Origin: Deltaproteobacteria bacterium
Lineage (GTDB): Bacteria > Myxococcota_A > Polyangia > Polyangiales > Houyiibacteriaceae
Direction of reading: 5' to 3'
Length of the DNA stretch: 64,000 nucleotides
NCBI GenBank assembly: GCA_034670305.1
Contig: JAXMNT010000032.1
Span: 23,364-87,363 of the forward strand
Shown one piece after another: positions 27,793-37,688 of this stretch (positions are counted from its first letter, which is position 1; the number at the start of each line of letters is the position of its first letter). The notes under the pieces were generated by a model. That model saw nothing but the letters and a program-made list of their open reading frames with translations. It made no database searches and was not told where the DNA came from. The translations under genes and the position numbers were made by a program.

Positions 27793-28743
27793 CTACTCGA
27801 AGATCTTCGCTGCGCGCGTCTGCAGCTCGTCGTCCATCTCCAGCCCGAGCGCGCCCACGTTGTCTTCGAGCTGATCGAGTCGCGTCGCGCCGGTGATCAC
27901 GCTGCTGATGCCGGGTTGGTTCATCGTCCAGCGAAGCGCGAGCTGCGCGGGGGTGCAGCCGACCTCTTGGGCGAGCGCGGTGAATGCCCGGAGCTTTTCG
28001 CCGTTCTCGAGGGTGAGGATCCGGTCGAGCCACTGCGAGGTCGCGGCGCGGCTGCCTTCGGGAATGCCGTCGTCGTACTTGCCGGTGAGCGCGCCGCCGG
28101 CGAGCGGCGACCACACCACGAGGCCCATGCCGGTGCGCTTCGCGATCGGCACGATGCGTTTTTCGATCCCGCGGTCGAGCAGGTTGTACATGGGCTGTTC
28201 GACGATCGGCGGCGTCCATCCCCGCAGGCGGGTGATGCCGTGCGCTTTGAGCAGCGTCGCGCCGCCCCAACAGCTCGTGCCCCAGTAGAGAATCTTGCCC
28301 ATGCGCACCAGATCTTCGAGCGCCCTCAGCGTCTCGTCGAGCGGCACCTCGGGGTCTTCGCGGTGACAGAAAAAGAGATCGAGGTAGTCGGTGCCGAGCC
28401 GTTTCAAGGACGCGTCCACCGATTCGAAGAGGTGTTTTCGGCTGAGGCCGCGGTCGTTGCTGCCCTTGCTCATCGGCCAGTAGGCCTTGCTGGAGATCAC
28501 CAGCCGGTGGCGCGCGGTTTTGGCTTCGGAGAGAAAGTCGCCGACCACGCTCTCGGCTTTGCCGCTCGAGTACACGTCGGCGAGATCGACGTAGTCGATG
28601 CCCATGTCGATCGCGGCCGCCAGGATCCGTTTGGCCTCCGCGTCCGGCACGCTGCCGCCGAACGTCAACCAACCACCGAGGGAGAGCGCGCTGACCCGCA
28701 GCCCACTCGACCCCACCATTCGATATTCCATCTCGTGCGTCAT
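27793..28743 (-). CDS. Aldo/keto reductase (Kv-beta-like subfamily)
   Basis: GLRVSALSLG, DLADVY, SLKRLGTDYLDL, WSPLAGGALTGKY, AQLALRW. Confidence 0.95.
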   Translation of the reverse strand: MTHEMEYRMVGSSGLRVSALSLGGWLTFGGSVPDAEAKRILAAAIDMGIDYVDLADVYSSGKAESVVGDFLSEAKTARHRLVISSKAYWPMSKGSNDRGLSRKHLFESVDASLKRLGTDYLDLFFCHREDPEVPLDETLRALEDLVRMGKILYWGTSCWGGATLLKAHGITRLRGWTPPIVEQPMYNLLDRGIEKRIVPIAKRTGMGLVVWSPLAGGALTGKYDDGIPEGSRAATSQWLDRILTLENGEKLRAFTALAQEVGCTPAQLALRWTMNQPGISSVITGATRLDQLEDNVGALGLEMDDELQTRAAKIFE

Positions 28744-28998
28744 CGACGCCGATACTGCCACACAGACGCCGGCCTGCGCAGGAGGTGCCACCCATGACGG
28801 GCGACATAGACGTAGTCCGCGACAGCGATCCCCCCTACCCTCGCCGCGTGGTGTTCGCGAAGATCGGAACCGTCCAGTCATGCTGAAGTTCGCCAAGTTC
28901 TCCTCATCCCGGCGTGCGCGCTGTTGGCCGCCACCATGCACCGACTCCAGATCGACGACCGAGCCGCCTACACGAGCAGTCCTTTGATCCTCGTGGAG

Positions 28999-29184
28999 AT
29001 GCTGTTGGTTCTGGCGGCGTTGGTCTGGGTGCTGCCGCAAGTGGTCGCGGTGGGCGTCCTCATCTGGAAACGGGACGAGGCCGGCCGATGGCCTTTCGCG
29101 GGCGGTGGCGCCCTACTGGCGCTGCTCGTCGGCACCTACGCGGCGTGCGCGATCGACAGTTCGACCATCTTGTACGCCACCTGA
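28999..29184 (+). CDS. Small two-TM hypothetical protein
   Basis: Two hydrophobic segments; lies just upstream of the PKS; start uncertain. Confidence 0.45.
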   Translation: MLLVLAALVWVLPQVVAVGVLIWKRDEAGRWPFAGGGALLALLVGTYAACAIDSSTILYAT

Positions 29185-29236
29185 CCATCCCCACCGAAGC
29201 GCTGGCTTGTGGGCGTGGCTTTGGTATGACCGCGCG

Positions 29237-32200
29237 GTGTCAGAGGACTACAGCGAAAGCGACATCGCGATCGTCGGAATGGCCGCGCACCTGCCCGGTG
29301 CCCGGACGATCGACGACTACTGGACCAACCTCGTGGACGGGGTCGAATCCGTACAGCGCTACAGCGATGAAGAACTCATCGAAGCGGGGGTCCCGCGCGC
29401 GCACCTTCGGCATCCGCGGTACGTGAAAGCGGCCGCGGAGCTCCAGGACATGGAGCTCTTCGACGGAGAGTTCTTCGGGTTCAGCCCGAAAGAATCCGCG
29501 ATCGTCGATCCGCAGCACCGGCACTTTCTCGAGGTCTGCTGGGAGGCGCTGGAAGACGCTGGGCACCCGCCGTCGAAGTTCGACGGTCCGATTGGGATCT
29601 ACGGCGGCTGCGGCATGGGCAGCTACTTCTACTTCAACCTCTGCAGCAACCCGAACCTCGTCGACTCGGTCGGCATGTTCCTCTTGCGGCACACCGGCAA
29701 CGACAAAGACTTCCTCGTCACCCGCGTCGCCCACGTGCTCGACCTGACCGGCCCGGCCGTGAACGTGCAGACCGCCTGCTCTACCTCGCTCGTCGCCGTG
29801 CACTACGCGATCCAGTCGCTGATGAACCAGGAGTGCGACATGGCGCTCGCGGGCGGGGTGACGATCGAGATCCCGCACCGCCGCGGCTACTTCTTCGAAG
29901 AGGGCGAGATCCTCTCGCCGGACGGCCACTGCCACGCGTTCGATCACCGCAGCCAAGGCACCGTGTTCGGAAGCGGCGCGGGCGCCGTGGTGCTGCGGCG
30001 CCTGGAAGACGCACGCGCCGACGGCGACCACATCTATGCGGTCATCCGTGCGACCGCGATCAACAACGACGGCGCCAGCAAAGCCGGGTACCTCGCACCC
30101 AGCGTGCAAGGACAGGCGACCTGCATCGTCGAAGCCCACGCGCTCGCGGACGTCGATCCGCGCAGCATCGGCTACGTGGAGTGCCACGGCACCGGCACCT
30201 ATCTCGGCGATCCGATCGAGGTCTCGGCGCTGACCGAAGCGTTCCGCCAAGGCACCGACGACAACCAGTTCTGCGGCATCGGATCGGTCAAGACGAACAT
30301 CGGTCACCTCGACACCGCCGCCGGCGTGGCCTCGTTGATCAAGAGCGCGCTCATCCTCGACCGCGAGATCGTGCCGGCCACGCTCAACTTCGAGAAGCCG
30401 AACCCGACGATCGACTTCGAGTCGAGCCCCTTCTACGTCAACGCGAAACGCAAGGAGTGGAAGCGCGGCCCCGAACCACGCCGGGTCGGCGTCCAGTCGC
30501 TCGGTGTCGGCGGCACCAACGCGCACGTCGTGCTGCAGGAAGCGCCGGCGCCCGCACCCTCCGGACCGTCCGCCCACACCGACCACCTCTTCCTGGTGAG
30601 CGCGCGCAACCGCGGCGCGCTGGATCAGACAGCCCAGAAACTCGCGGACCATCTCGAGACCACCTCGGATCGGCTCGCGGACATCACGCACACCCTCCAC
30701 GTGGGCCGCCACGAGTTCGAACGTCGACGCGTCGTCGTCGCGGCCAGCGGTGCGGAAGCGGCCACCCGTCTGCGCGGCAAGGATCCGCGCCGGGTCTTCA
30801 ACCACGTGGCACTCGACCAGCCGAAGGTGGCGTTCCTCTTTCCAGGCGGCGGCGCGCAGTACGTCTCGATGGCGAAGGATCTCTACGACCGCGAGCCGGT
30901 GTTCCGCGCGGTCATGGACCGCGCGTTCAAGTACCTGGCCACCAAGGACCTCGACCACGATCCGAAAGCGCTGCTCTTCGGCGAGGTGGACGACGCGGCC
31001 GCGCGGCTCGAGAAGCCCGGCTCCCAGCTCTCGATGATCTTCTCGGTGAGCTACGGACTCGCGCTGCTCTTCGAAGATCGCGGCGTGGTGCCGGACGCGA
31101 TGACCGGACACTCGATGGGCGAGTACGTCGCGGCGTGTTTGGCGGGTGTGTTCTCGTTCGAGGACGCGCTCGGGCTCGTGCTCCTGCGCGGGCAGCTGAT
31201 GGACCGGGTCGAGGTCGGCGCGATGCTCTCGGTCCCGCTCACCGAAGAGGCCATCGCCCCGCTGCTCGGTGCGGACTTGGATCTGGCGGGCGTGAACGCG
31301 CCCGACCTGATGCTCGTCAGCGGACCGGTACCCGCGATCGAAGCGCTCGAGGAGACGCTCCAAGCACAAGACATCGAACCGCAACGGGTGCGCATCGACC
31401 GCGCCGCGCACTCGCGCATGTTCGATCCGATCCTCGAAGACTTCCGCGCGTACATCTCCAAGATGAAGCTGCAGCCGCCGACGAAACGGTTCGTCTCCAG
31501 CAACACCGGCACCTGGATCACGCCCGCGCAGGCCACCGATCCGAACTACTGGACACGCCACTTGCGCGAGACGGTCCGGTTCAGCGATGCCATCGACACA
31601 CTCGCCGCGGACGCGCCGATGATCTTCGTCGAGGTCGGCCCCGGCCGCGCGATGAGCGCGTTCGCCAAAGCCAACCCGCGGGTCGACGCACAGACCGTGG
31701 TCAACGCGCTTCGGCACCGCGACGAAGTCGTCGCCGACGACGTGTTCTTCCTCGAAGCGATCGGCCGCTTGTGGGCGCTCGGCCTCTTCTCGAACCTGGA
31801 CGAAGACGCGGACAACCCGCTCGACCAGCTCTGGGCCGGAGAGACCCGCCGACGGGTGCGCTTGCCGACCTACGCGTTCCAGCGCCAGCACTACTTCATC
31901 GAACCGGGCGTCTCGAGCGGTGCGGCCGCCGCGCCCGAAGTCACGCGCCACGAGGAAGTCGCGGACTTCGGCTACGAACCCTACTACCGGCCGGTCGCGG
32001 CCGAGCCCGCCCACACCTCCGCCGATGCGCGCGACGCGGAACGGTTCCTGGTGTTCCTCGACGACGCCGGGGTCGGCAAACGACTCGTCGCGGCGCTGCG
32101 TACACGCGGCGACCAGGTCACCACGGTGCGACCGGGCGACACCTTCAGCAAGCGCGCCGACGGCGAGTACGTGCTCGCGCCCGAGCGCGGCCGAGAAGGC

Positions 32201-35200
32201 TACGACCAGCTGGTGCAAGATCTCGTGCAGTCCGCGCGGGTGCCGACCCGGATCGTGCACCTGTGGTTGACCACCGCCGACGAAGGGTTCCGCCCCGGGT
32301 CGAGCTTCTTCCACCGCAACCAGGAGCGGGGCTTCTACTCGCTGCTCTTCCTCGCGCAGGCGCTCGCCGACGAGAACGTGCCGCGGCCGCTGCACCTGCA
32401 GGTCGTGACGAACAGCGCGCTTGCGACCGGCGACGCGCCGGCCCGCTACCCGGAGAAGGCGACCGCGCTCGGCCCGGTCCAGGTCGTGCCGCGCGAGCTT
32501 CCCGGCGTGACCGCGTCCTTGCTCGATGTGACTTTGCCGCAGTCCAGCCGCCGCCTCTTCGGCGGCCGGCTCGCGATGGCGCTCGTCGACCCGTTCGCGG
32601 GCAAGAAGACCCTCACGCTCGGGCTCGACCAACTGGCGGAGACCGTGCTCGAAGAAGCCGACGCGGTGCCGCGCGAATGCGTCGCGGCGATCCGCGAAGG
32701 CAAACGGCTCGAACGTGGCTACCGCTCTCGGGCGCTGTCGACCTCGGAAACCGGTGCCTCCAGCGAACAGGTCCTGCGCAAGCACGGGGTGTACGTCCTG
32801 ACCGGTGGGCTCGGCGGACTCGGTCTCGTGGCCGCCGAAGCACTCGCCCGCAGCGTGCACGCGAAGCTCGTGCTGGTGGGCCGCACGCCGCTGCCCGAAC
32901 GAGACAGCTGGGACGCCTACATCGCAGAGCACGGCGAAGCCGACCGCACGAGCCGGCGTCTGCTCGCGGTGCGGGAACTCGAAGCGCTCGGCGCCGAAGT
33001 GCTCGTGCTCGCGGCCGACGTCACCAACGTCGAACAGGTGCGCGCGGTGGTCGCCGAGACCAAACGGCGCTTCGGCCGTATCCACGGGCTGCTCCACACC
33101 GCGGGCACCGTGTCCGACGCGCTCATCCAGACCAAACGGCTCACCGAAGTCGAGGACGTCTTCGCGCCGAAGGTGCACGGCACCGAAGTGCTCCGCGAAG
33201 TGTTCGCGCCCGAGGGGCTCGACTTCGTGCTGCTCTACAGCTCGACCTCCACCGCGATCGCACCGACGGGCCAGGTCGACTACGTCGCCGCCAACGCGTT
33301 CCTCGACGCGATGGCGTCCACCGAGGGCACCTTCGGCACCGCGCGGGTTCAGGTGGTCAACTGGGGGATCTGGAACCAGGTCGGCATGGCCGCCGAAGCG
33401 ATGTCGAGCTCGGATCTGAGCCGGAGCCCGGACCAGCTCAAGCCCACCACACACCCGCTCTTCGATGGCCGCCTGCGGGACACCCACGGCACGCTTCACT
33501 TCTTCGGGAAACACGCGACCGACACCCACTGGATCTACGACGAGCACCGCGTCAAATCCGCTCGAGCCGCCACGGATGGGGACAGCCGTGGTTGGGCGCT
33601 GATCCCGGGCACCGGCTACTTGGAGCTCGCGGCCGGCGCACTCGCCGAACTCGGAGAGTCCGCGCCGTTCGCGATCGAAGATCTCTACTTCTTGCGTCCG
33701 CTCCAAATCGACGACGGACAGTCGCGCGAGGTGCGCGTGAAGATGCGCCGCACCGACGCGGGCTACGCCATGGAAGTGCGGAGCGAGTGTTTGGTCGAAG
33801 GCCGCCGCGCGTGGCAACTCCACGCCCAGTGCGGCTTGAGCGTCGCGAAGGCGGAAGTGCCGGCGCGCATCGATCTGGACGCGGTCGAGCAGCGGTGCCG
33901 CGATCGGGTCGAGCGCGGAGACGGACTGCGGTCGCCGCAGGAAGCGCACCTCTCGTTCGGTGGTCGGTGGCGGGTGCTTCGGGAGGTGCGCTACGGCGAA
34001 CGAGAAGCGCTCGCGGAGCTCTGTCTGCCGCCCGATGCCGAAGGCGATCCGGCAGCCGGTTGGCGTCTGCACCCCGCGCTCATGGATCTGGCCACCGGCT
34101 ACGCAATGGGACTCATCGAAGGCTACGGCGGCGCCGAAGTCTGGGTGCCGGTCAGCTACGAGTCGGTGGAGGTCTTCGGTCCACTCCCGGCACAGATCCG
34201 GAGCTGGGTCCGGAGCGCGGGCGAGAACACGAGCGACGGTCAGTTCGCGCTCTTCGACGTCGACATCACGGATCTCGAAGGCCACGTCGTGTTGCAGGTC
34301 CGCCGCTTCGCGATTCGCAAGATGGCGCAAGCGGACTTCGGGGCCACCCGCGCGCCGACGCGCGGCGACGTCGAGATGGAACGCGACCCGCGCGCGGAAG
34401 AAGACCGCCCGCTCTCACCGGCGGAGCAGCGGCTCCGGCGCAACCTCGAACGCGGCATCGTGCCGAGCGAGGGCGGCGAAGCGCTGGTTCGATTGATTGA
34501 ATCGAAACGCCGGCAAGTCATCGTCACCAGCCTCGACCTGGCCGGCTTGATGGAAGAAGCGAAGCAGGTCGTGGAGTTGCCCGAGGGCGGGAGCGCCAAG
34601 TTCGCGCGCCCCGATCTCGACAGCGACTACGTGGCCCCGCGCGACGATGTCGAGCGCACGCTGGTCGGCTTCTGGGAGGAGCTCTTGGGCGTCGACCAAG
34701 TCGGTGTGCAGGACAGCTTCTTCGACCTCGGGGGGCACTCGCTCATCGCAGTCCGGCTCTTCGCGATGGTGAAGAAGGCGTACCAGGCCGAGTTCCCGAT
34801 CAGCGTGCTCTTCGAGGCGCCGACCGTCGAAGCCTGCGCCGAGCTCATCAAAGAGGCGATCGGCTTCACCGAAGATGGGGCCGCCGAGTCCGCGCCGAGC
34901 AAGAAGGCACCGAAGCGCCGGTACACGCACCTCGTGCCGATGCATCCGGGCGTCGGTGGGCACACCACCTCGGACGACACCGAGCGGCCTCCGTTCTTCT
35001 TGGTCGCGGGCATGTTCGGCAACGTGCTGAACCTGCGCCACCTCGCGCATCTGCTCGGCACCGACCGCCCATTCTACGGGCTGCAGGCGAAGGGCCTCTA
35101 CGGCGGCGACGCGCCCCACGAGACGTTCGAGGAGATGGCCACCGCGTACATCGCGGAGATGCGCACCGTGCAGGCCAAGGGGCCATACTTCGTGGGCGGG

Positions 35201-35761
35201 TTCTCCGGCGGCGGCTACACCGCGCTCGAGATCGCACGGCAGCTTCGCGCCGAAGGCGAAGAGGTGCCGATGCTGGTGATGCTCGACACGCCCGCGCTGC
35301 TCGTGCCCCGCAAGCTCTCGCCCCGAGACCGCGCGACCATCCAACTTCAGCGCATCCAACAGAAGGGCGCCGGCTACGTGGTGGAGTGGGCGCAGAACCG
35401 GCTCGAATGGGAGCTCGGCAAACTCCGGCAGCGCTTCGAAGAAGAAGAGCAACTCGCCGAGACCGAGTTCCACAACGAAGCCATCGAAGGTGCGTTCCGC
35501 CGCGCCCTGGCGCGCTACACCATTCCCCACTGGGACCAACGCCTGGTGCTCTTCCGGCCGCCGCTCGAGAAGGCGTACGACCTCGGGGACGGGCGGATCC
35601 TCAACCACGACCGCGAGTACGTGTACCCCGACAACGGCTGGTCCGAGCACTGCGATCAAGTCGAGGTCTACGAAGTACCGGGGGACCACGACTCGATGGT
35701 GCTGGAGCCCAACGTGCGCGTGATGGCGTCCCGACTGAAACAGATCCTCGAAGACGTTTGA
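29237..35761 (+). CDS. Single-module type I polyketide synthase, KS-AT-KR-DH-carrier-TE
   Basis: KS: TACSTS, HGTGT, NIGHL. AT: GHSMG, RAAHS. KR: GGLGGLG, YVAAN. DH: EHRV...PGTG, HPALMD. Carrier: GGHSL. TE: GFSGG, GDH. Confidence 0.96.
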   Translation: MSEDYSESDIAIVGMAAHLPGARTIDDYWTNLVDGVESVQRYSDEELIEAGVPRAHLRHPRYVKAAAELQDMELFDGEFFGFSPKESAIVDPQHRHFLEVCWEALEDAGHPPSKFDGPIGIYGGCGMGSYFYFNLCSNPNLVDSVGMFLLRHTGNDKDFLVTRVAHVLDLTGPAVNVQTACSTSLVAVHYAIQSLMNQECDMALAGGVTIEIPHRRGYFFEEGEILSPDGHCHAFDHRSQGTVFGSGAGAVVLRRLEDARADGDHIYAVIRATAINNDGASKAGYLAPSVQGQATCIVEAHALADVDPRSIGYVECHGTGTYLGDPIEVSALTEAFRQGTDDNQFCGIGSVKTNIGHLDTAAGVASLIKSALILDREIVPATLNFEKPNPTIDFESSPFYVNAKRKEWKRGPEPRRVGVQSLGVGGTNAHVVLQEAPAPAPSGPSAHTDHLFLVSARNRGALDQTAQKLADHLETTSDRLADITHTLHVGRHEFERRRVVVAASGAEAATRLRGKDPRRVFNHVALDQPKVAFLFPGGGAQYVSMAKDLYDREPVFRAVMDRAFKYLATKDLDHDPKALLFGEVDDAAARLEKPGSQLSMIFSVSYGLALLFEDRGVVPDAMTGHSMGEYVAACLAGVFSFEDALGLVLLRGQLMDRVEVGAMLSVPLTEEAIAPLLGADLDLAGVNAPDLMLVSGPVPAIEALEETLQAQDIEPQRVRIDRAAHSRMFDPILEDFRAYISKMKLQPPTKRFVSSNTGTWITPAQATDPNYWTRHLRETVRFSDAIDTLAADAPMIFVEVGPGRAMSAFAKANPRVDAQTVVNALRHRDEVVADDVFFLEAIGRLWALGLFSNLDEDADNPLDQLWAGETRRRVRLPTYAFQRQHYFIEPGVSSGAAAAPEVTRHEEVADFGYEPYYRPVAAEPAHTSADARDAERFLVFLDDAGVGKRLVAALRTRGDQVTTVRPGDTFSKRADGEYVLAPERGREGYDQLVQDLVQSARVPTRIVHLWLTTADEGFRPGSSFFHRNQERGFYSLLFLAQALADENVPRPLHLQVVTNSALATGDAPARYPEKATALGPVQVVPRELPGVTASLLDVTLPQSSRRLFGGRLAMALVDPFAGKKTLTLGLDQLAETVLEEADAVPRECVAAIREGKRLERGYRSRALSTSETGASSEQVLRKHGVYVLTGGLGGLGLVAAEALARSVHAKLVLVGRTPLPERDSWDAYIAEHGEADRTSRRLLAVRELEALGAEVLVLAADVTNVEQVRAVVAETKRRFGRIHGLLHTAGTVSDALIQTKRLTEVEDVFAPKVHGTEVLREVFAPEGLDFVLLYSSTSTAIAPTGQVDYVAANAFLDAMASTEGTFGTARVQVVNWGIWNQVGMAAEAMSSSDLSRSPDQLKPTTHPLFDGRLRDTHGTLHFFGKHATDTHWIYDEHRVKSARAATDGDSRGWALIPGTGYLELAAGALAELGESAPFAIEDLYFLRPLQIDDGQSREVRVKMRRTDAGYAMEVRSECLVEGRRAWQLHAQCGLSVAKAEVPARIDLDAVEQRCRDRVERGDGLRSPQEAHLSFGGRWRVLREVRYGEREALAELCLPPDAEGDPAAGWRLHPALMDLATGYAMGLIEGYGGAEVWVPVSYESVEVFGPLPAQIRSWVRSAGENTSDGQFALFDVDITDLEGHVVLQVRRFAIRKMAQADFGATRAPTRGDVEMERDPRAEEDRPLSPAEQRLRRNLERGIVPSEGGEALVRLIESKRRQVIVTSLDLAGLMEEAKQVVELPEGGSAKFARPDLDSDYVAPRDDVERTLVGFWEELLGVDQVGVQDSFFDLGGHSLIAVRLFAMVKKAYQAEFPISVLFEAPTVEACAELIKEAIGFTEDGAAESAPSKKAPKRRYTHLVPMHPGVGGHTTSDDTERPPFFLVAGMFGNVLNLRHLAHLLGTDRPFYGLQAKGLYGGDAPHETFEEMATAYIAEMRTVQAKGPYFVGGFSGGGYTALEIARQLRAEGEEVPMLVMLDTPALLVPRKLSPRDRATIQLQRIQQKGAGYVVEWAQNRLEWELGKLRQRFEEEEQLAETEFHNEAIEGAFRRALARYTIPHWDQRLVLFRPPLEKAYDLGDGRILNHDREYVYPDNGWSEHCDQVEVYEVPGDHDSMVLEPNVRVMASRLKQILEDV

Positions 35762-35866
35762 ACGGCGCTCGGAGCTCCCGAGCGAGAGATCAGGAGTACC
35801 CGGTCCGCGGGGGAACAGATGGCACAGTTTGAGCGGGCATGGGTCTTGCTGGGCTATGTTCCTTCC

Positions 35867-37576
35867 ATGCCTCGCTTCGTTGCCCTCCTTCTCTTCTCCC
35901 TCACCTTCGTCGGGTGTGGGGGGCGGTCCGATCTGAAGGTCTACGGAAGTCCCCGCGACGGGGGCCCCGACTCGGACGCCGCGCCGCCGCCTCCGCTCGA
36001 AGTCGACTGCGGACGCATGCTCCGGTACACGACGCCGCGGCTTCCGATCACGATGACCGCGGAGGTCACGAGCTTCAGCGGCATCGCCTCGCAAGGCTGG
36101 TCGCTGCTCGCGTCGCCCGAGGGATCGATCGCCACCAACACCCCGACCTTCGGACCGACCACCACGCTCGATCCCGACCTCATCGGTTTCTACGCGCTGC
36201 GGTTCGAAGCGATGGACACCGAAGGCCGGGTGGAGAGCTGCGATGTGCAGGTCGAAGCGATCGTCGGTCCCCCGCGCGCCATCTGCCCCGAGGGCGAGCT
36301 GCGGGTGCCGGCCAACGAGTTCCTCACCCTCGAGGGCGGCGGCTTCGACGACGAAGCGGTGGTCTCCTACCAGTGGAGGCTGCTCGACGGTCCCTCGGAG
36401 CCGGAGCTGACGGCGCCGACTTCGCCCATCACCCAGTTCCGAGCGGCCATCACCGGCATCTACCGGATGGAGCTCGAAGTCGCGGACGCCGACGGCTCCA
36501 CCCACGCGTGCACCGCCATCGTCCAGGTGGTCGGCGCGCCCCAAGTGTTCTGCCCGGAGGTCATCGAAGCGCCGACCCGCCAACCGCTCCGGATCGACGC
36601 GCGGGCCATCGACGACACGGGCATCGCGTCGCACGAGTGGTCCTTGCTCGCGCAACCGGACCGGAGCCGCGCCACCATTCGAGGCGGCGAAGTGGAAGGC
36701 GACACCTACACGGCGACGATGACCCCGGACCGGCAGGGCGAGTACCTCGTGCGCTTCGAGGTCACCGACGAGGACGGGCTCAGCGCCTCCTGCGAGATCC
36801 TCGTGATCGGTTTGCCGACGCCCCCGACCGCGATCTGCACCGACGTGAACACGACCCCACTGACCCGCACCGACATCCCAGGCGGCGGCGAAGACGACGG
36901 CGAGATCGTGCGCTACCAATGGACGCTCGTGGGACTGCCGCCGGGTTCGACCGCCCGGCCGCCGATGCCGGCCACCGAGCCGGACACGATCTTCACGCCG
37001 GACCTGGCCGGCGAGTACCGCCTCGAGCTGACCGTCACCGACGACGACGGAGAGAGCGCGAGTTGCGTCGCGCTGGTGCGTGCGGTCGCGAGCGAAGGCC
37101 TCCGGATCGAGATGTTCTGGGACACCGGTGGAACGGACATCGATCTGCACCTGCTCGACTCGGGCGGCGCGGCTTGGCGTACGGGCGACGACTGCTACTT
37201 CGCCAACTGCACGAACCCGCCCTACCCCTCGTGGGGACGCGCCGGTTCGACCGAAGACGACCCCAACCTCGACATCGACGACACCGACGGCTTCGGCCCC
37301 GAGAACATCAACATCGACACCCCCGCCAACGGAACCTACCGGGTCGGTGCGTACGCCTACCGGGGCAGCGGCACGGTGACGGTGCGCATCTACTGCGGCG
37401 GCAGCACCACCGAACCGCGGGCCACCTTCGGCCCGACCACGATTCGAGGCACCGGTGGGAGCCTCCACGACTTCTGGCGGGTGGCCGATGTCGCGATCCG
37501 CGGCGACACGTGTTCCATCTCCGAGATCGGACGCGTCGACGGGGTCAACCACGACGGTGCCGCGTTCCCGCCTTGA
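35867..37576 (+). CDS. Lipoprotein with about four PKD/REJ-like repeats and a C-terminal YfaP/DUF2135-like domain
   Basis: FVGC lipobox; Y.W.L...P...PD..G.Y...L.VTD repeats; WDTGGTDIDLHL, DDTDGFGPENI. Confidence 0.82.
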   Translation: MPRFVALLLFSLTFVGCGGRSDLKVYGSPRDGGPDSDAAPPPPLEVDCGRMLRYTTPRLPITMTAEVTSFSGIASQGWSLLASPEGSIATNTPTFGPTTTLDPDLIGFYALRFEAMDTEGRVESCDVQVEAIVGPPRAICPEGELRVPANEFLTLEGGGFDDEAVVSYQWRLLDGPSEPELTAPTSPITQFRAAITGIYRMELEVADADGSTHACTAIVQVVGAPQVFCPEVIEAPTRQPLRIDARAIDDTGIASHEWSLLAQPDRSRATIRGGEVEGDTYTATMTPDRQGEYLVRFEVTDEDGLSASCEILVIGLPTPPTAICTDVNTTPLTRTDIPGGGEDDGEIVRYQWTLVGLPPGSTARPPMPATEPDTIFTPDLAGEYRLELTVTDDDGESASCVALVRAVASEGLRIEMFWDTGGTDIDLHLLDSGGAAWRTGDDCYFANCTNPPYPSWGRAGSTEDDPNLDIDDTDGFGPENINIDTPANGTYRVGAYAYRGSGTVTVRIYCGGSTTEPRATFGPTTIRGTGGSLHDFWRVADVAIRGDTCSISEIGRVDGVNHDGAAFPP

Positions 37577-37688
37577 ACTCTGGTCGCGTGGCCTGGTCCG
37601 AACGGACCTCGCGCGTGCTACACCAACAGCTGTGACCAAGTCGGGTTCAGAGCGGATTTCCGGGGTGGGTTCCTCCGGCGATCACACG

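Noticed and set aside
26636-28807. Apparent 723-aa fusion ORF; similar long N-extensions at 13499-15889, 44102-46915 and 60484-62667
   Set aside because: The extensions overlap real genes in other frames; signal peptides or domain starts mark the shorter starts
29240-34500. 1696-aa antisense and 1555-aa alternative-frame ORFs over the PKS
   Set aside because: Shadow ORFs expected from high GC at third codon positions; no motifs. The same applies to most long overlapping ORFs in the track.
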